A stretch of 64,000 nucleotides of DNA from an uncultured Clostridia bacterium (GCA_949155365.1 CASCUT010000005.1:754-64753); one strand, 5' to 3'. Counted from the stretch's first letter, positions 18,655 to 28,670 are shown. Numbers and translations: made by a program. Notes: generated by a model not told the origin, from the sequence alone.

Positions 18655-19821
18655 TTAGGTACGTCCCAAAAATCTTGCAAGTTGTTGCATTTCTTGTTCA
18701 TTTTGTTCGCTCATGGTTGTTTTTATATGAATAATTGGTTCTACGATGGTAATATCTTTCATTTGTTCTAACAATTCTTTCATATTTTTAGCAGCTGCTG
18801 GTGCCCAAGAACCATTTTCTATAATTCCTACTGTTCTTTTTTGATAATTTTTGTGTTTTAAATGTCTTAAAAATTTTTCCATAAATGGAAATAGTCCTGC
18901 GTCATAGGTTGGACATGCTACTATCATTTTATCATAGCGGAAAGCATCTTCGATTACTTCTGCCATATCTTCTCTTGCTAAATCAGAAAGGATGACTTTT
19001 TTAGCACCTGCTTCTAGTAAGATTTTCTCTAATCTTTCTACTGCTTTTTTGGTATTGCCATGAATCGAATTGTAAGCTACTAATATTCCTTCGTCTTCTG
19101 GCTCATAACTACTCCATTTATCGTATTTGTTGATATAGTAAGATAGATTTTCTTTTAAGATTGGCCCATGTAATGGACAAATTGTTTTAACCTCTAGATT
19201 TGCTACCTTTTTTAATAAGGCTTGTACCTGCATTCCATATTTTCCTACAATATTAAAATAATATCGTCTTGCTTCACAAGCCCAGTCTTCTTCTGCATCT
19301 AAACTTCCGAATTTTCCAAATCCATCTGCTGTAAACAGTACTTTTTCTGTTTGTTCATAGGTTACCATGACCTCTGGCCAATGAACCATTGGTGCCATGA
19401 AAAATTGAAGCGTATGATGTCCTATGTTTAAGGTTTCCCCTTCTTTTACTACTACTTGTCTATTTTCTAAACCAATGTCAAAAAATTGTGGTAGCATTTT
19501 AAATGTTAAAGCATTTCCTACTATTTTCATGTTAGGATATTGTTCTGTTAATAGCTTTATACTAGAAGAATGGTCTGGTTCTAAATGAGATACTACTAAA
19601 TAATCAACTTCTCTGCCTTTTAATTCTGTTTGCAAATTTTCAAACCATTCTTTTTGTTTTCTTTTATCTACGGTATCCATCACTACTATTTTGTCGTCTT
19701 CTATTAAATAAGAATTATAGGATATTCCCTTTGGAACAACATATTGACTTTCAAATAAATCAATCTCATTATCATTTACTCCTATATATTTTATGGTATC
19801 TGTTATTTCTATCTTTTTCAT
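18655..19821 (-). CDS. fprA: Flavodiiron protein (FprA family A-type flavoprotein)
   Basis: SYNSYLI, SHLEPDHS, PMVHWPE, TADGFGKFG, CPLHGP plus flavodoxin domain. Confidence 0.92.
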   Translation of the reverse strand: MKKIEITDTIKYIGVNDNEIDLFESQYVVPKGISYNSYLIEDDKIVVMDTVDKRKQKEWFENLQTELKGREVDYLVVSHLEPDHSSSIKLLTEQYPNMKIVGNALTFKMLPQFFDIGLENRQVVVKEGETLNIGHHTLQFFMAPMVHWPEVMVTYEQTEKVLFTADGFGKFGSLDAEEDWACEARRYYFNIVGKYGMQVQALLKKVANLEVKTICPLHGPILKENLSYYINKYDKWSSYEPEDEGILVAYNSIHGNTKKAVERLEKILLEAGAKKVILSDLAREDMAEVIEDAFRYDKMIVACPTYDAGLFPFMEKFLRHLKHKNYQKRTVGIIENGSWAPAAAKNMKELLEQMKDITIVEPIIHIKTTMSEQNEQEMQQLARFLGRT

Positions 19822-19831
19822 TCTTTCCTCC

Positions 19832-20257
19832 TTACTTTCTATTCCATTCCATGAACAATTCGATTTCTTGCGTATCCTTCTCTAGTTTTTTATTCCTTGT
19901 CTTAAAATCTTCTCTTTGATAAAATTGAATTGCACGTTTGTTTTTTTCATATACTTTTAAATTCAATTTAGTATATCGTCTTTTACATTCCTCGATTAGT
20001 TGCTTACCTATCCCCTTATTTTGTTTCTTTTCTTCTACAAAAATTCCAGCTATATAACCATCCACAATTCCCACGAAGCCTACCACTATTTTATCTTCCT
20101 CATATACATATACTTGCGCATCTAATATTGCCTTTTTCACTTCTTTTTCGTTTTTCTTCCAATATTCTTGCTCTATAAATGAATGTGTTTTTCTATTTGT
20201 TTCTAGCCAAATCTTCATTACTTGATTGCTATCTTCCTTCTTAAAATCTCTAATCAT
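19832..20257 (-). CDS. GNAT N-acetyltransferase
   Basis: IAGIFV...QNKGIGKQLI, NKRAIQFY. Confidence 0.88.
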   Translation of the reverse strand: MIRDFKKEDSNQVMKIWLETNRKTHSFIEQEYWKKNEKEVKKAILDAQVYVYEEDKIVVGFVGIVDGYIAGIFVEEKKQNKGIGKQLIEECKRRYTKLNLKVYEKNKRAIQFYQREDFKTRNKKLEKDTQEIELFMEWNRK

Positions 20258-20405
20258 TTTTCTTCTCTACCATTTCTTGAAACTTCTCCTCTGCTTCTTT
20301 GATAAAAATACTACTTCTTCCACAATTTGGTCGATTTAACGGGCAACGATGAAAACATCCTCGACAAGTCAATTTTCTTAAATATTCTTCAAATTCTTCT
20401 TTCAT
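20250..20405 (-). CDS. Small Cys-motif protein
   Basis: GGAGG RBS before MKEEFEE; CRGCFHRCPLNRPNC. Confidence 0.6.
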   Translation of the reverse strand: MKEEFEEYLRKLTCRGCFHRCPLNRPNCGRSSIFIKEAEEKFQEMVEKKND

Positions 20406-20590
20406 TTTGCTTCCTCCATTAGAATGTATCATATCATAAAAGAACAGAATAATCAATGTCCAAGAAAATTTTAAAGACAGGGCAAAATTTCTATACTATG
20501 GATAACTATAATAATTTCTAGTATTTACTCTACCATTTAGTTCAAGCAGATTTTTAGAACCGTCCCTAAAATTTAAAATTTTCTTCAAAA

Positions 20591-20626
20591 GAGCACAGGC
20601 AATCGCCTGTGCTCTTTAGCATTTTT
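20591..20626 (-). terminator. Terminator of helicase gene
   Basis: GAGCACAGGC-aatc-GCCTGTGCTC; paralogous to 23458-23494. Confidence 0.7.
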
Positions 20627-20631
20627 GTTCT

Positions 20632-23271
20632 TTACGCTACTTTCAAATCCTTTACCAGCACTTCATAATATTCCTGCAAAAAAGCAAGTCTTTCTTCTAT
20701 GTTGCTGATTTCCAATCCTACTAATAACGCTCGTACCTCGGAGTCAAATTCCTCCTTCACTTTCTGTTCTTTCGGAGATAAGCCTTTCTTCCCTTTCAGG
20801 AATTTGAACCGTTTCTCAGAATAATTCTGCTGAATGGTTTTCCCATAAAGGAATTCTACCGCTTCCTTGTTTTTTGCCTCTGCCTTTTCTTCGTCTTCTA
20901 ATAATTCTATTTGTAAAGACTGATTTTTTTGCAGTGACAAGCATCCAAAACCGTAAATCGGTTCACCATATCCCCCATTACCACGTATTATTTCTTTTTT
21001 TCCTAAATACGGAATACATTCTACTACAGAAGAAACTTCGTAAGATTTTAATTCTGGCAATCTTCTTTTGGCTAGTTTCCATGCATTACTTACTCTTTCC
21101 CTCTCTATTGCGTTTCGTAAGTCTGGTATGCTGTTTCCTTTCTTTCCAAAATAACTATCACCACATCTTATACTTACTTTCGTCCCATCGTCCAGACATA
21201 CTTTCTTTACTTCTGTGTGATACAGAGTCTGCAAATCTACTTCTATTTCTGGTCCACCATAAAAATAATCTATTTCAAATGATTTTCCATCAATTACGAC
21301 TGTTTTCTGCCGTCTTTCTTCGTAGTATGTTATACTATTTCCTGTGTACTCTGCCTTTAACTTTTCATAGTCTGGATGGTTCGGAACGGAAATGTTTGTT
21401 TCTCCTATGTTGATATCTTTATAATACGTTCTTATTGTTACTTTTACCACATCTTCCCAAGAAGAATAGTAGCTGTCTATTTCTTCCTCAGTAACAAATT
21501 GCGGTGCTACTTCTTTCAATTCTTCTACGGTTACTGTTGTTGCCATTGTGACTAAGTGCAACTTTCTCTTACAGTTCCAGCGGTCCTCAAATTCAATGAC
21601 CTTTGGTCTTCCAACGATTGCGTTAGAGCGTTTTCTATCTTGCAGACAACTTTTCCTTTCTAAGATACGCTCAATTCCATCGCCATTTCTATAGTAGCCT
21701 CCTCCTACATGTCGGTATACATGGCTAACGATACCTGCTAAGCAAGCTCTTTTAATGGCTTTGCGATCACCTGTTGAGGTAATTTCAACAATTCCTGTTA
21801 ACACTTCATTCATTCTCTGAATCTGTTCTTTGATTCGTTTATAGGCTTTAGGATTAATTCCTAACTCTTTAAAATCAATGAACTTCATTTTCTGAAGTGC
21901 TTCCCAAACATCCAGTTCTGCAAGCAAATCGCTTTCTGTTTCTCTTGTAAATGTTTGGTAAGATCCTTCTCTGTCCAGAAGTGTTCCAATCTCTATGATA
22001 GAAGCAATTTTTATTACATCTTCGGTAACACCATATTTTTCTGCTTCTATAATCATTCTTGCAGATTCTACCGATATTGGCATTTTAGCCATTTTATATC
22101 CGATTGGTGTTACTTCATTGTTTTCTTTTAATGCTCCTAAATCAATGAGAGTCTGCTTTGCCCTTATAAGCTCCTCAACATCCGGCTGATGGAAAAACGG
22201 AAAGTCAATGGCATCAATTTCGATGCTAGCCAGACGCAGAACAATCTGCTCTAACATACTTCTTTGAATTTCCGGTACACAGAATTCCTCTCTGTCTTCA
22301 AAAGGTTCATCAGAACAAAGAATATACTTTCCTTCTTTTGTTCTTCCAGCACGGCCTTTCCTTTGTAAGCAATCTGCCTTACTGACATCCCTTAAAAACA
22401 GCCCCTGAATACCATCTTTTGCTTCTGAGCGTCTTTCTTTTCCCGTATCAACTACTGCATCAATATCCGGAATGGTAATGGATGTCTGTGCCACATTGGT
22501 CGCTACTACTACTTTCGGAATGCTATAATTTTTAAAGCACTTTTTCTGTTCTTCTGTATCTAACTCTCCATGCAATGGAAGAATTTGTGCATTCACCTGA
22601 TGTTCTCTAAGTTCTTCGATTGTCTCTTTGATTTCTCTCTTTCCTGGAACAAATACCAAGGTATTACGTCCTTCTGAAATCATGGCAAGAATGTTAGGAA
22701 TTAAGTCTTCCTTCCACTTCTGCTTAAATTCTACCGGAAAAACCTTTCCTGGTACTTCTAACAAAGAAACATCTCCTCCGAAATATTCTGCCAAACTTCT
22801 CCGCTCTAACGTAGCACTCATAATAACTACTTTGGTACACCAACCTTCTTCTACTTTTTTCTTGCACCAGCCAACCAGTGTTTCGATATTGCAGTTCCAC
22901 TCGTGAACTTCATCAATAATTAACACTCTTTGTCTGTCTGTTTTGTCTGTTAGTGTCCTTACCAACTCCAATCCATCTGTACAATACAGAATAGCAGTAT
23001 TAAGAGAATCCTTTCTCTCAAATGCGGTCCGAAAACCAACAATCTCACCAAGTGGTGTATCCATTTCTTCTGCTACTCTCTGTGCAAGTGACCAAGCCGC
23101 CATTCTCCGTGGTTCGGTAACAACTACATCATAACCAACATGATATAAATACTGTGGCACCTGTGTTGATTTTCCTGAACCTGTCTCTGCTGTAATAATC
23201 GTAACAGCATGTGTCTGTACTGCCTTGGTGATTTGCTCTTTGTAGTCATAAATGGGTAATGATGTATTCAT
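20632..23271 (-). CDS. HrpA-like DEAH-box RNA helicase with unrecognised C-terminal region
   Basis: AETGSGKST, EPRR, TDG, DEVH, MSAT, PLHG, ATNVAQTSITI, QRKGRAGR, HA2-like segment. Confidence 0.9.
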   Translation of the reverse strand: MNTSLPIYDYKEQITKAVQTHAVTIITAETGSGKSTQVPQYLYHVGYDVVVTEPRRMAAWSLAQRVAEEMDTPLGEIVGFRTAFERKDSLNTAILYCTDGLELVRTLTDKTDRQRVLIIDEVHEWNCNIETLVGWCKKKVEEGWCTKVVIMSATLERRSLAEYFGGDVSLLEVPGKVFPVEFKQKWKEDLIPNILAMISEGRNTLVFVPGKREIKETIEELREHQVNAQILPLHGELDTEEQKKCFKNYSIPKVVVATNVAQTSITIPDIDAVVDTGKERRSEAKDGIQGLFLRDVSKADCLQRKGRAGRTKEGKYILCSDEPFEDREEFCVPEIQRSMLEQIVLRLASIEIDAIDFPFFHQPDVEELIRAKQTLIDLGALKENNEVTPIGYKMAKMPISVESARMIIEAEKYGVTEDVIKIASIIEIGTLLDREGSYQTFTRETESDLLAELDVWEALQKMKFIDFKELGINPKAYKRIKEQIQRMNEVLTGIVEITSTGDRKAIKRACLAGIVSHVYRHVGGGYYRNGDGIERILERKSCLQDRKRSNAIVGRPKVIEFEDRWNCKRKLHLVTMATTVTVEELKEVAPQFVTEEEIDSYYSSWEDVVKVTIRTYYKDINIGETNISVPNHPDYEKLKAEYTGNSITYYEERRQKTVVIDGKSFEIDYFYGGPEIEVDLQTLYHTEVKKVCLDDGTKVSIRCGDSYFGKKGNSIPDLRNAIERERVSNAWKLAKRRLPELKSYEVSSVVECIPYLGKKEIIRGNGGYGEPIYGFGCLSLQKNQSLQIELLEDEEKAEAKNKEAVEFLYGKTIQQNYSEKRFKFLKGKKGLSPKEQKVKEEFDSEVRALLVGLEISNIEERLAFLQEYYEVLVKDLKVA

Positions 23272-23340
23272 TTAGAAATACTCCTTTCCTTTTTGTCTCG
23301 TTATGGTAATGTTTATGCTATAAAAAACATATATACCCAT

Positions 23341-23369
23341 ATTATACAACATTTTACATAAAATTTCAA
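23341..23369 (-). promoter_or_regulatory. SigA-type promoter of helicase
   Basis: TTGAAA-17 nt-TATAAT; spacer carries TTATGTAAA. Confidence 0.7.
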
Positions 23370-23374
23370 CTCTT

Positions 23375-23494
23375 AAATTTTAGGGACGTGAATTTTAGGG
23401 ACGGGTCTAAAAATTTAATTAAATAATTTGCCCCGTCCCTAAAATTTAATTTAGAAGGAGCACAGACAATTTGTCTGTGCTCTTTTGCATTTTT
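23375..23494. repeat. REP-like family A cluster plus terminator of yccF
   Basis: Three GGGACG-core copies then GAGCACAGAC-aattt-GTCTGTGCTC hairpin. Confidence 0.75.
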
Positions 23495-23499
23495 ATATT

Positions 23500-23865
23500 T
23501 TAGTTTTCTACTATCTTGCTTCCAAATGGTGCTAGCGATAGCTTCGCTATTTTAAAGAATTGCATTCCAAATGGGATTCCTACAATGGTAATACACCAAA
23601 TGCATCCCCAAATAAAGTTGTGCAATGCCATTGGTATTCCGAAAAAGATAACCCATATTACATTGGCAATAAAGGAGAGGCTTCCTCCACCATATTCTAC
23701 ATTTTTGCCAAAAGGGAAAAAGGCTAATGTCGCAAACTTAAAGCATTGTGTTCCATATGGAATTCCTACTATCGTGATACACCATAATACTCCTGAAACA
23801 ACCCATGAAAGGCCACTTATAAATCCTCCAAATATAAACCATATAATATTTCCTAAAAAGTTCAT
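23500..23865 (-). CDS. yccF: YccF-domain inner membrane protein
   Basis: Duplicated NIIWFIFGG...CITIVGIPxG..FK...PFG. Confidence 0.9.
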   Translation of the reverse strand: MNFLGNIIWFIFGGFISGLSWVVSGVLWCITIVGIPYGTQCFKFATLAFFPFGKNVEYGGGSLSFIANVIWVIFFGIPMALHNFIWGCIWCITIVGIPFGMQFFKIAKLSLAPFGSKIVEN

Positions 23866-24077
23866 TTTTATTCTCCTTTCTTCTTTTCCATTTGCTTTGT
23901 TGATACGTTAACTTTTAACCACTTTTTTGTAATATCCTATCCTCCTTTTTTCTTTTACAATCTAGAATTATCTAGCTTGCTTATTATTTTATTCTAGTTT
24001 ATTATACTACTCTTTCTCTCTTTTTGCTATATTTTTTTCTTACTTATTTATTACATTTTTGTAAGATTTTATTGTCT

Positions 24078-24701
24078 TTAACAATTTATTTCTGTTTCTT
24101 CTACTTTTTTAAAATACGTTTTATCCATTCTACATTTTGGGCATACCCATGTATCCTCTTTTGGTAGTTCTTCTCCATAATATACATATCCACAAACCGT
24201 ACATACCCACGCTGTTTTTCCTTTTTGTGTTGTTACTTTTAGCAATTCTTCTCTATGTTCTTGATAATATTGATAACTCATTGCTTCCTCTTCTTTATAC
24301 ACATCTGCTTCTATCATTTTTCCAATAAATACAGTATGAGTATCATTTTCCAATGAATCTATTATTTCACATACCATATAGCCTAAAGAATCCGTTATAA
24401 TATTCAATCCTTCTACTTCTATCGTTTCTATTGTTTCAAATTTGTTGATATCTCTTGCAGAATGAAACCCAAATGTTTTTATGATTTCTGGATTTACCTC
24501 TTTTCCTAAAACGGATATTGCAAATTTGCTATTTTGTTTTAATAGCTGATTGGTATAATTCGTTTTCATTACGGAAACTGCTATCAATGGATTTTTTCCA
24601 TTACTAATTTGTGATACCGCATCTACAATGCATCCGCCTTCTTTGGTTGTTAATACATACATTCCTTGTGTTATTTTTCTTGTTATATTTATATTCTTCA
24701 A
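24078..24701 (-). CDS. Flavin reductase-like protein with C-terminal rubredoxin domain
   Basis: GMYVLT, FGFHSARDINKF, THTVFIG; WVCTVCGYVY...CPKC. Confidence 0.88.
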   Translation of the reverse strand: MKNINITRKITQGMYVLTTKEGGCIVDAVSQISNGKNPLIAVSVMKTNYTNQLLKQNSKFAISVLGKEVNPEIIKTFGFHSARDINKFETIETIEVEGLNIITDSLGYMVCEIIDSLENDTHTVFIGKMIEADVYKEEEAMSYQYYQEHREELLKVTTQKGKTAWVCTVCGYVYYGEELPKEDTWVCPKCRMDKTYFKKVEETEINC

Positions 24702-24717
24702 ATGACTGCTTCCTTTC

Positions 24718-25518
24718 TTATTCTTCTAAATTTTCTTTCACTGGAATAAAATTTTTTGCAAATTTGTACTTACTTCTATTTTTAATATATAAAAATCCAA
24801 TTACGCTAAATATAATGGCACCAATAAAATTCACAAATAAATCTTTCATTGTATCGATAATACCAATATCCAAATATCCATTTTCTATGGTAACAGTTTC
24901 TCCATTTTCTAAGTATAACACTGTGCTTTCAATATTATTTACTTTTACTGGGCTGTTTTCGCCATTTGGATTTAATTCTACTGTTGAAATATCTCGTACA
25001 ATTCTATCTTTTTGCATATCTGTCTTAACAACCATATCTGCTGAAAACTCAAAAAATTCCCATAAGATTCCAATTGTCATAGAAAAACAAAATGCTACTA
25101 TCGCAATATAAAGGGGTGATAGATTTACTTTCTTACTATTTTGATTTAATAAATCCACTAGTGAAAACCCTATTCCTGCACATAAAAATCCATTCATTGT
25201 ATGAAGCACAGTATCCCAAAAAGGAATTAATCCATAGAAATTATTTATTTCTCCTAATATGGCAGAAGAATAGATAAATAAGTAAATAATAATCTCTAAT
25301 ACGGTTGGAATACCTATTTTAAATGTTTCCGAAATAATAGTAGGAAGTGTAAATAAAAATAAGGCTACTATACACATAACAGCATTTGATATGTTTCCTA
25401 ATACTATTTGTACTATCATACTAAGAATCACCAATATTCTTAAAATCAGATATACTCCAATTGATTTTTTGTTTGTTTCATTATATTTTTTTCTCATTTT
25501 TTTTGAAAATTTTCCCAT
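24718..25518 (-). CDS. Conserved membrane protein (DUF2238-like)
   Basis: LGEINNFY...WDTVLH, GILWEFFEF, DTMKDLFVN. Confidence 0.75.
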   Translation of the reverse strand: MGKFSKKMRKKYNETNKKSIGVYLILRILVILSMIVQIVLGNISNAVMCIVALFLFTLPTIISETFKIGIPTVLEIIIYLFIYSSAILGEINNFYGLIPFWDTVLHTMNGFLCAGIGFSLVDLLNQNSKKVNLSPLYIAIVAFCFSMTIGILWEFFEFSADMVVKTDMQKDRIVRDISTVELNPNGENSPVKVNNIESTVLYLENGETVTIENGYLDIGIIDTMKDLFVNFIGAIIFSVIGFLYIKNRSKYKFAKNFIPVKENLEE

Positions 25519-26021
25519 AATAATTCCTTTCTTTTTTCGTGTTGTAATAATTCTTGCTTTTTATCGATTCCTCCTGCATACCCTGTTAATCCTCCATTTG
25601 CTCCTACTACTCTATGACAAGGTATAATAATGGATATTGGATTATGAGCAATGGCACCACCAACTGCTTGTGCTGACATTTTGCTTTTTTTCATTTTTTG
25701 AGCCAATTTTTCCGCTAATGCTCCATAGGTAGTTACTTCTCCATATGGAATTTCACATAGTAATTTCCAAACCATTTGTCTAAATTCACTTCCAACTGGG
25801 GCTAATTCTAATTCTGTTATTCTAGGGTTCTCTCCTTTAAAATATTTGGTAAGCCAAACTCGTGTTTTTTGCAGGATTTCTTCTTCTTTCTCCTGTATTT
25901 GTTCGTTTACTTGATCCAAATAATATTTTTGCCCCTTTATCCATACACCAACTAATTTTCCATTTTTACTGGCTAGTAACATCTTTCCTATTGGAGAATC
26001 ATAATAACTTATATTTATCAT
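25494..26021 (-). CDS. ogt: Methylated-DNA-protein-cysteine methyltransferase
   Basis: IPYGEVTTYG, AVGGA, NPISIIIPCHRVVG. Confidence 0.93.
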   Translation of the reverse strand: MINISYYDSPIGKMLLASKNGKLVGVWIKGQKYYLDQVNEQIQEKEEEILQKTRVWLTKYFKGENPRITELELAPVGSEFRQMVWKLLCEIPYGEVTTYGALAEKLAQKMKKSKMSAQAVGGAIAHNPISIIIPCHRVVGANGGLTGYAGGIDKKQELLQHEKRKELLWENFQKK

Positions 26022-26138
26022 GTTTTTTCCTCTTTTTTATAGCTTTTTTATTCTTTGTTATATTCTCAAGCAAGGTACTTTCTGTATTATATCGTAATGT
26101 TATTTATAACTCAATATTTTAGAAAAATTTTATTGTAC

Positions 26139-26167
26139 TTGTAATTTACATAATTTTGTATTATACT
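26139..26167 (+). promoter_or_regulatory. SigA-type promoter of radical SAM gene
   Basis: TTGTAA-17 nt-TATACT; spacer contains TTTACATAA (motif inverted). Confidence 0.55.
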
Positions 26168-26375
26168 ATTTTTATTGCTTGGTTATAAACCATATTTGTA
26201 CTATTATTAATAAAATTTTATTATAAGGAGGTTCTAATTGTACCGGAGTAAAATTTGTTGTACCATTTTAGCATATCCAGTGTGGAATTGAGTGTGCAGT
26301 TGCTTTTTGTATTTCTTTGGTTTTAATATTTGTATTTGCCAATTTAGCGGAAGAAGATAATAGGAGGAAAATGCT

Positions 26376-27134
26376 ATGAAACAGATTACATCTTTGACAG
26401 AAAAAATTGAACTGGACCATGTAGATATTGTTACATCACATATTTGCAATAAACACTGCAAATATTGTATCGACAAATTTCTTGGAACTTCCAAAGAAAT
26501 GATTTCTTTAGAAACCATTCAGCGGTTCTTAAGTGTGATTCGGAATTATACAGACAAACCACTAGAAGTACTTTTACTTGGTGGTGAACCAACTGTTTTA
26601 CCTACCCAAACATTGATTGCTATTTCTGATTTGGTTCATCGCAACGGCTTTCTGGTTATGATGAGTACGAATGGGAAACTTCGAGAAAAGATTATTGAAT
26701 TAATTCCTTACTTCGATTCCATTCAGATTACAGTTAACAGTGACGCAGAAATAGACTTTTGGAGACAATGGCCAGAAAAAATCAATATCAAATTAGCTGG
26801 TGATGCTTCCTTGACAATGCCAAAGTTAAAGCATTTTGTGGAGTATACCAAAGGATTTTACAGACGCTCTATCAGTATGTATTTTACAGAGGATTTTCAG
26901 GAACTGTGTTCTGACAAAGAAGTCTGGGCATTGCTTGACTCTCTTGAATGGAAAAGAAATGGTTCTTATCTGTATACCTTCTATCAGGGCGTTCGGATTA
27001 AAAAATGTATTCATGGTGAAACCAACATCATCGACGAACCTACCGTTCCTAAAGTTTATCCAAATGGAAATTACAACAAAACTTGGTGCAACGAGGATTT
27101 AGACGACTATTTATGTGGTTCTTGGAACAGTTAA
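26376..27134 (+). CDS. Radical SAM domain protein
   Basis: CNKHCKYC, LLGGEPT, STNG; AGGAGG RBS. Confidence 0.88.
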   Translation: MKQITSLTEKIELDHVDIVTSHICNKHCKYCIDKFLGTSKEMISLETIQRFLSVIRNYTDKPLEVLLLGGEPTVLPTQTLIAISDLVHRNGFLVMMSTNGKLREKIIELIPYFDSIQITVNSDAEIDFWRQWPEKINIKLAGDASLTMPKLKHFVEYTKGFYRRSISMYFTEDFQELCSDKEVWALLDSLEWKRNGSYLYTFYQGVRIKKCIHGETNIIDEPTVPKVYPNGNYNKTWCNEDLDDYLCGSWNS

Positions 27135-27148
27135 TGTAACATAAGTAA

Positions 27149-27191
27149 AACATCTCTTTCTCTAAGGTAATTCCTTTAAGAAAGAGATGTT
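27149..27191 (+). terminator. Terminator hairpin
   Basis: AACATCTCTTTCT...AGAAAGAGATGTT. Confidence 0.65.
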
Positions 27192-27300
27192 CCTTTTCTA
27201 TATCTTATTTTTTTTGATAGCCATTGCCTACCTCTCTATTTTATATAAAGCAAATTCTATTTGTACCATTTATAAATACCTTTGGTTCTAACTCCGCAAG

Positions 27301-27588
27301 TTATTGTTTTAGATTTTCATAAATATAAGCTAATTCGTATAATTTTTCTGTATCTGTTTTTTCTGCAAAGAAGTATATATTTCTTAAGTAGGTTAATATT
27401 TCATAATCTTCTGGCAAATATTTTATACTATCTTCTAATGTCTTCATAAAATTCTGGTTGCTATCCTCTACTATTTTCTTTTCTTTTAACTTTTCTTTTA
27501 ATACTTGCTTAAATAATTTTTCCATCTCTTTCAAAGCATTCTGTGAATCATGACTTTTTATCATTTTTATAATCTCATTATCTTCCAT
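27301..27588 (-). CDS. Hypothetical protein
   Basis: AAGGGG RBS before MEDNE; overlaps upstream stop. Confidence 0.6.
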   Translation of the reverse strand: MEDNEIIKMIKSHDSQNALKEMEKLFKQVLKEKLKEKKIVEDSNQNFMKTLEDSIKYLPEDYEILTYLRNIYFFAEKTDTEKLYELAYIYENLKQ

Positions 27589-28453
27589 CGTCTTCCCCTT
27601 TATACATAATATCATTTAATCTCTTTGCTGTAACATTGTTTGACGCTTCATACTCTAAAATTTCTTGTTGTTCTTCATCTAGTACAAAATGAATTCCTAC
27701 TTTTCCATTTTGGGCAAATCTTATGATTTCACTTGATGTTTCTTCTTGGATTGGTTGCATGTTATTTTCCTCTAAAAAGCTATTTATCTTCTCTTTATCA
27801 CAGTGCATAACCACTGGTGCAATCCCATTCATTTCTCGAATGATTAACCTTAACGTTTCACTTCCCTTAATTGCTACTTCTTTTTTCTCACTTAAACAAG
27901 TTACTTTGATGGGTGAATTACTATTTTTTTCCATTTCTAATAAAATCGTTTTCAACATTTCTTGTTTTAAAGTCCATAATTCGTTTCTAATATTGAGTCC
28001 TAAAAATAAGTTATTCAATTGCTCTGGTGTTCTAACTTCTTCCAAAGAAGTTGCTTCTTTTTGTAATATGTTTTCTAACCTTAAAACGATTTCATTCGAT
28101 TTTCCCTCTTTCAATATTTGCCTCGTGCTTAATAAGTCATATTGATAGTTAGGATTTAAATAGTATTTTACATATCGTTCATTCGCTTTATATTTTTTCT
28201 CTTTTCCTACTACTTCATTTTCAAGATGGTGTGCAATTCGATTCGCCCAATAACATAGTTTTAATGCTACACTTTCTGTGGAACTTTTTTCTGCACTTTC
28301 CAATTCTTTTGTTAATATTTCCTCTACTAATTCATTATCTACTTTTCGATCAAACCAATCTGTCGAAATACTATTTCTAGCCATTCTAGTTATTTCATCT
28401 AAATAACTAGAATGTACAATTATCATAAGAAGTTTTTGCAAACATTCTAGCAT
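27578..28453 (-). CDS. Hypothetical protein (possibly 5'-truncated by TAA at 28546-28544)
   Basis: 291-aa ORF; same frame extends to TTG 28633 with GAGGTG RBS through one stop. Confidence 0.65.
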   Translation of the reverse strand: MLECLQKLLMIIVHSSYLDEITRMARNSISTDWFDRKVDNELVEEILTKELESAEKSSTESVALKLCYWANRIAHHLENEVVGKEKKYKANERYVKYYLNPNYQYDLLSTRQILKEGKSNEIVLRLENILQKEATSLEEVRTPEQLNNLFLGLNIRNELWTLKQEMLKTILLEMEKNSNSPIKVTCLSEKKEVAIKGSETLRLIIREMNGIAPVVMHCDKEKINSFLEENNMQPIQEETSSEIIRFAQNGKVGIHFVLDEEQQEILEYEASNNVTAKRLNDIMYKGEDDGR

Positions 28454-28670
28454 GTCCTCTTTCCTTACTTTGCCATTTAAAAATGTATTTTTATTAAATT
28501 GTTTTAATTCCTTTATTTCTTCTTCTGATATTGTTCTTATAATTTACTTTTCTTTTTTGATTTCTTCTTCTTTTTTTCTTGCTTTTTCTAACAATCTTTT
28601 TTGCTTATTTTTTTCTTTATTACTTTTTTTCAAGTTATTTCACCTCATAATCCATTTGATAAACTTCTTT

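Noticed and set aside
26251-26266. 16-mer AAATTTGTTGTACCAT repeated at 63958-63973, and TTGTACCATTT near 27261
   Set aside because: Plausible by chance in AT-rich DNA; no consistent att-like geometry.
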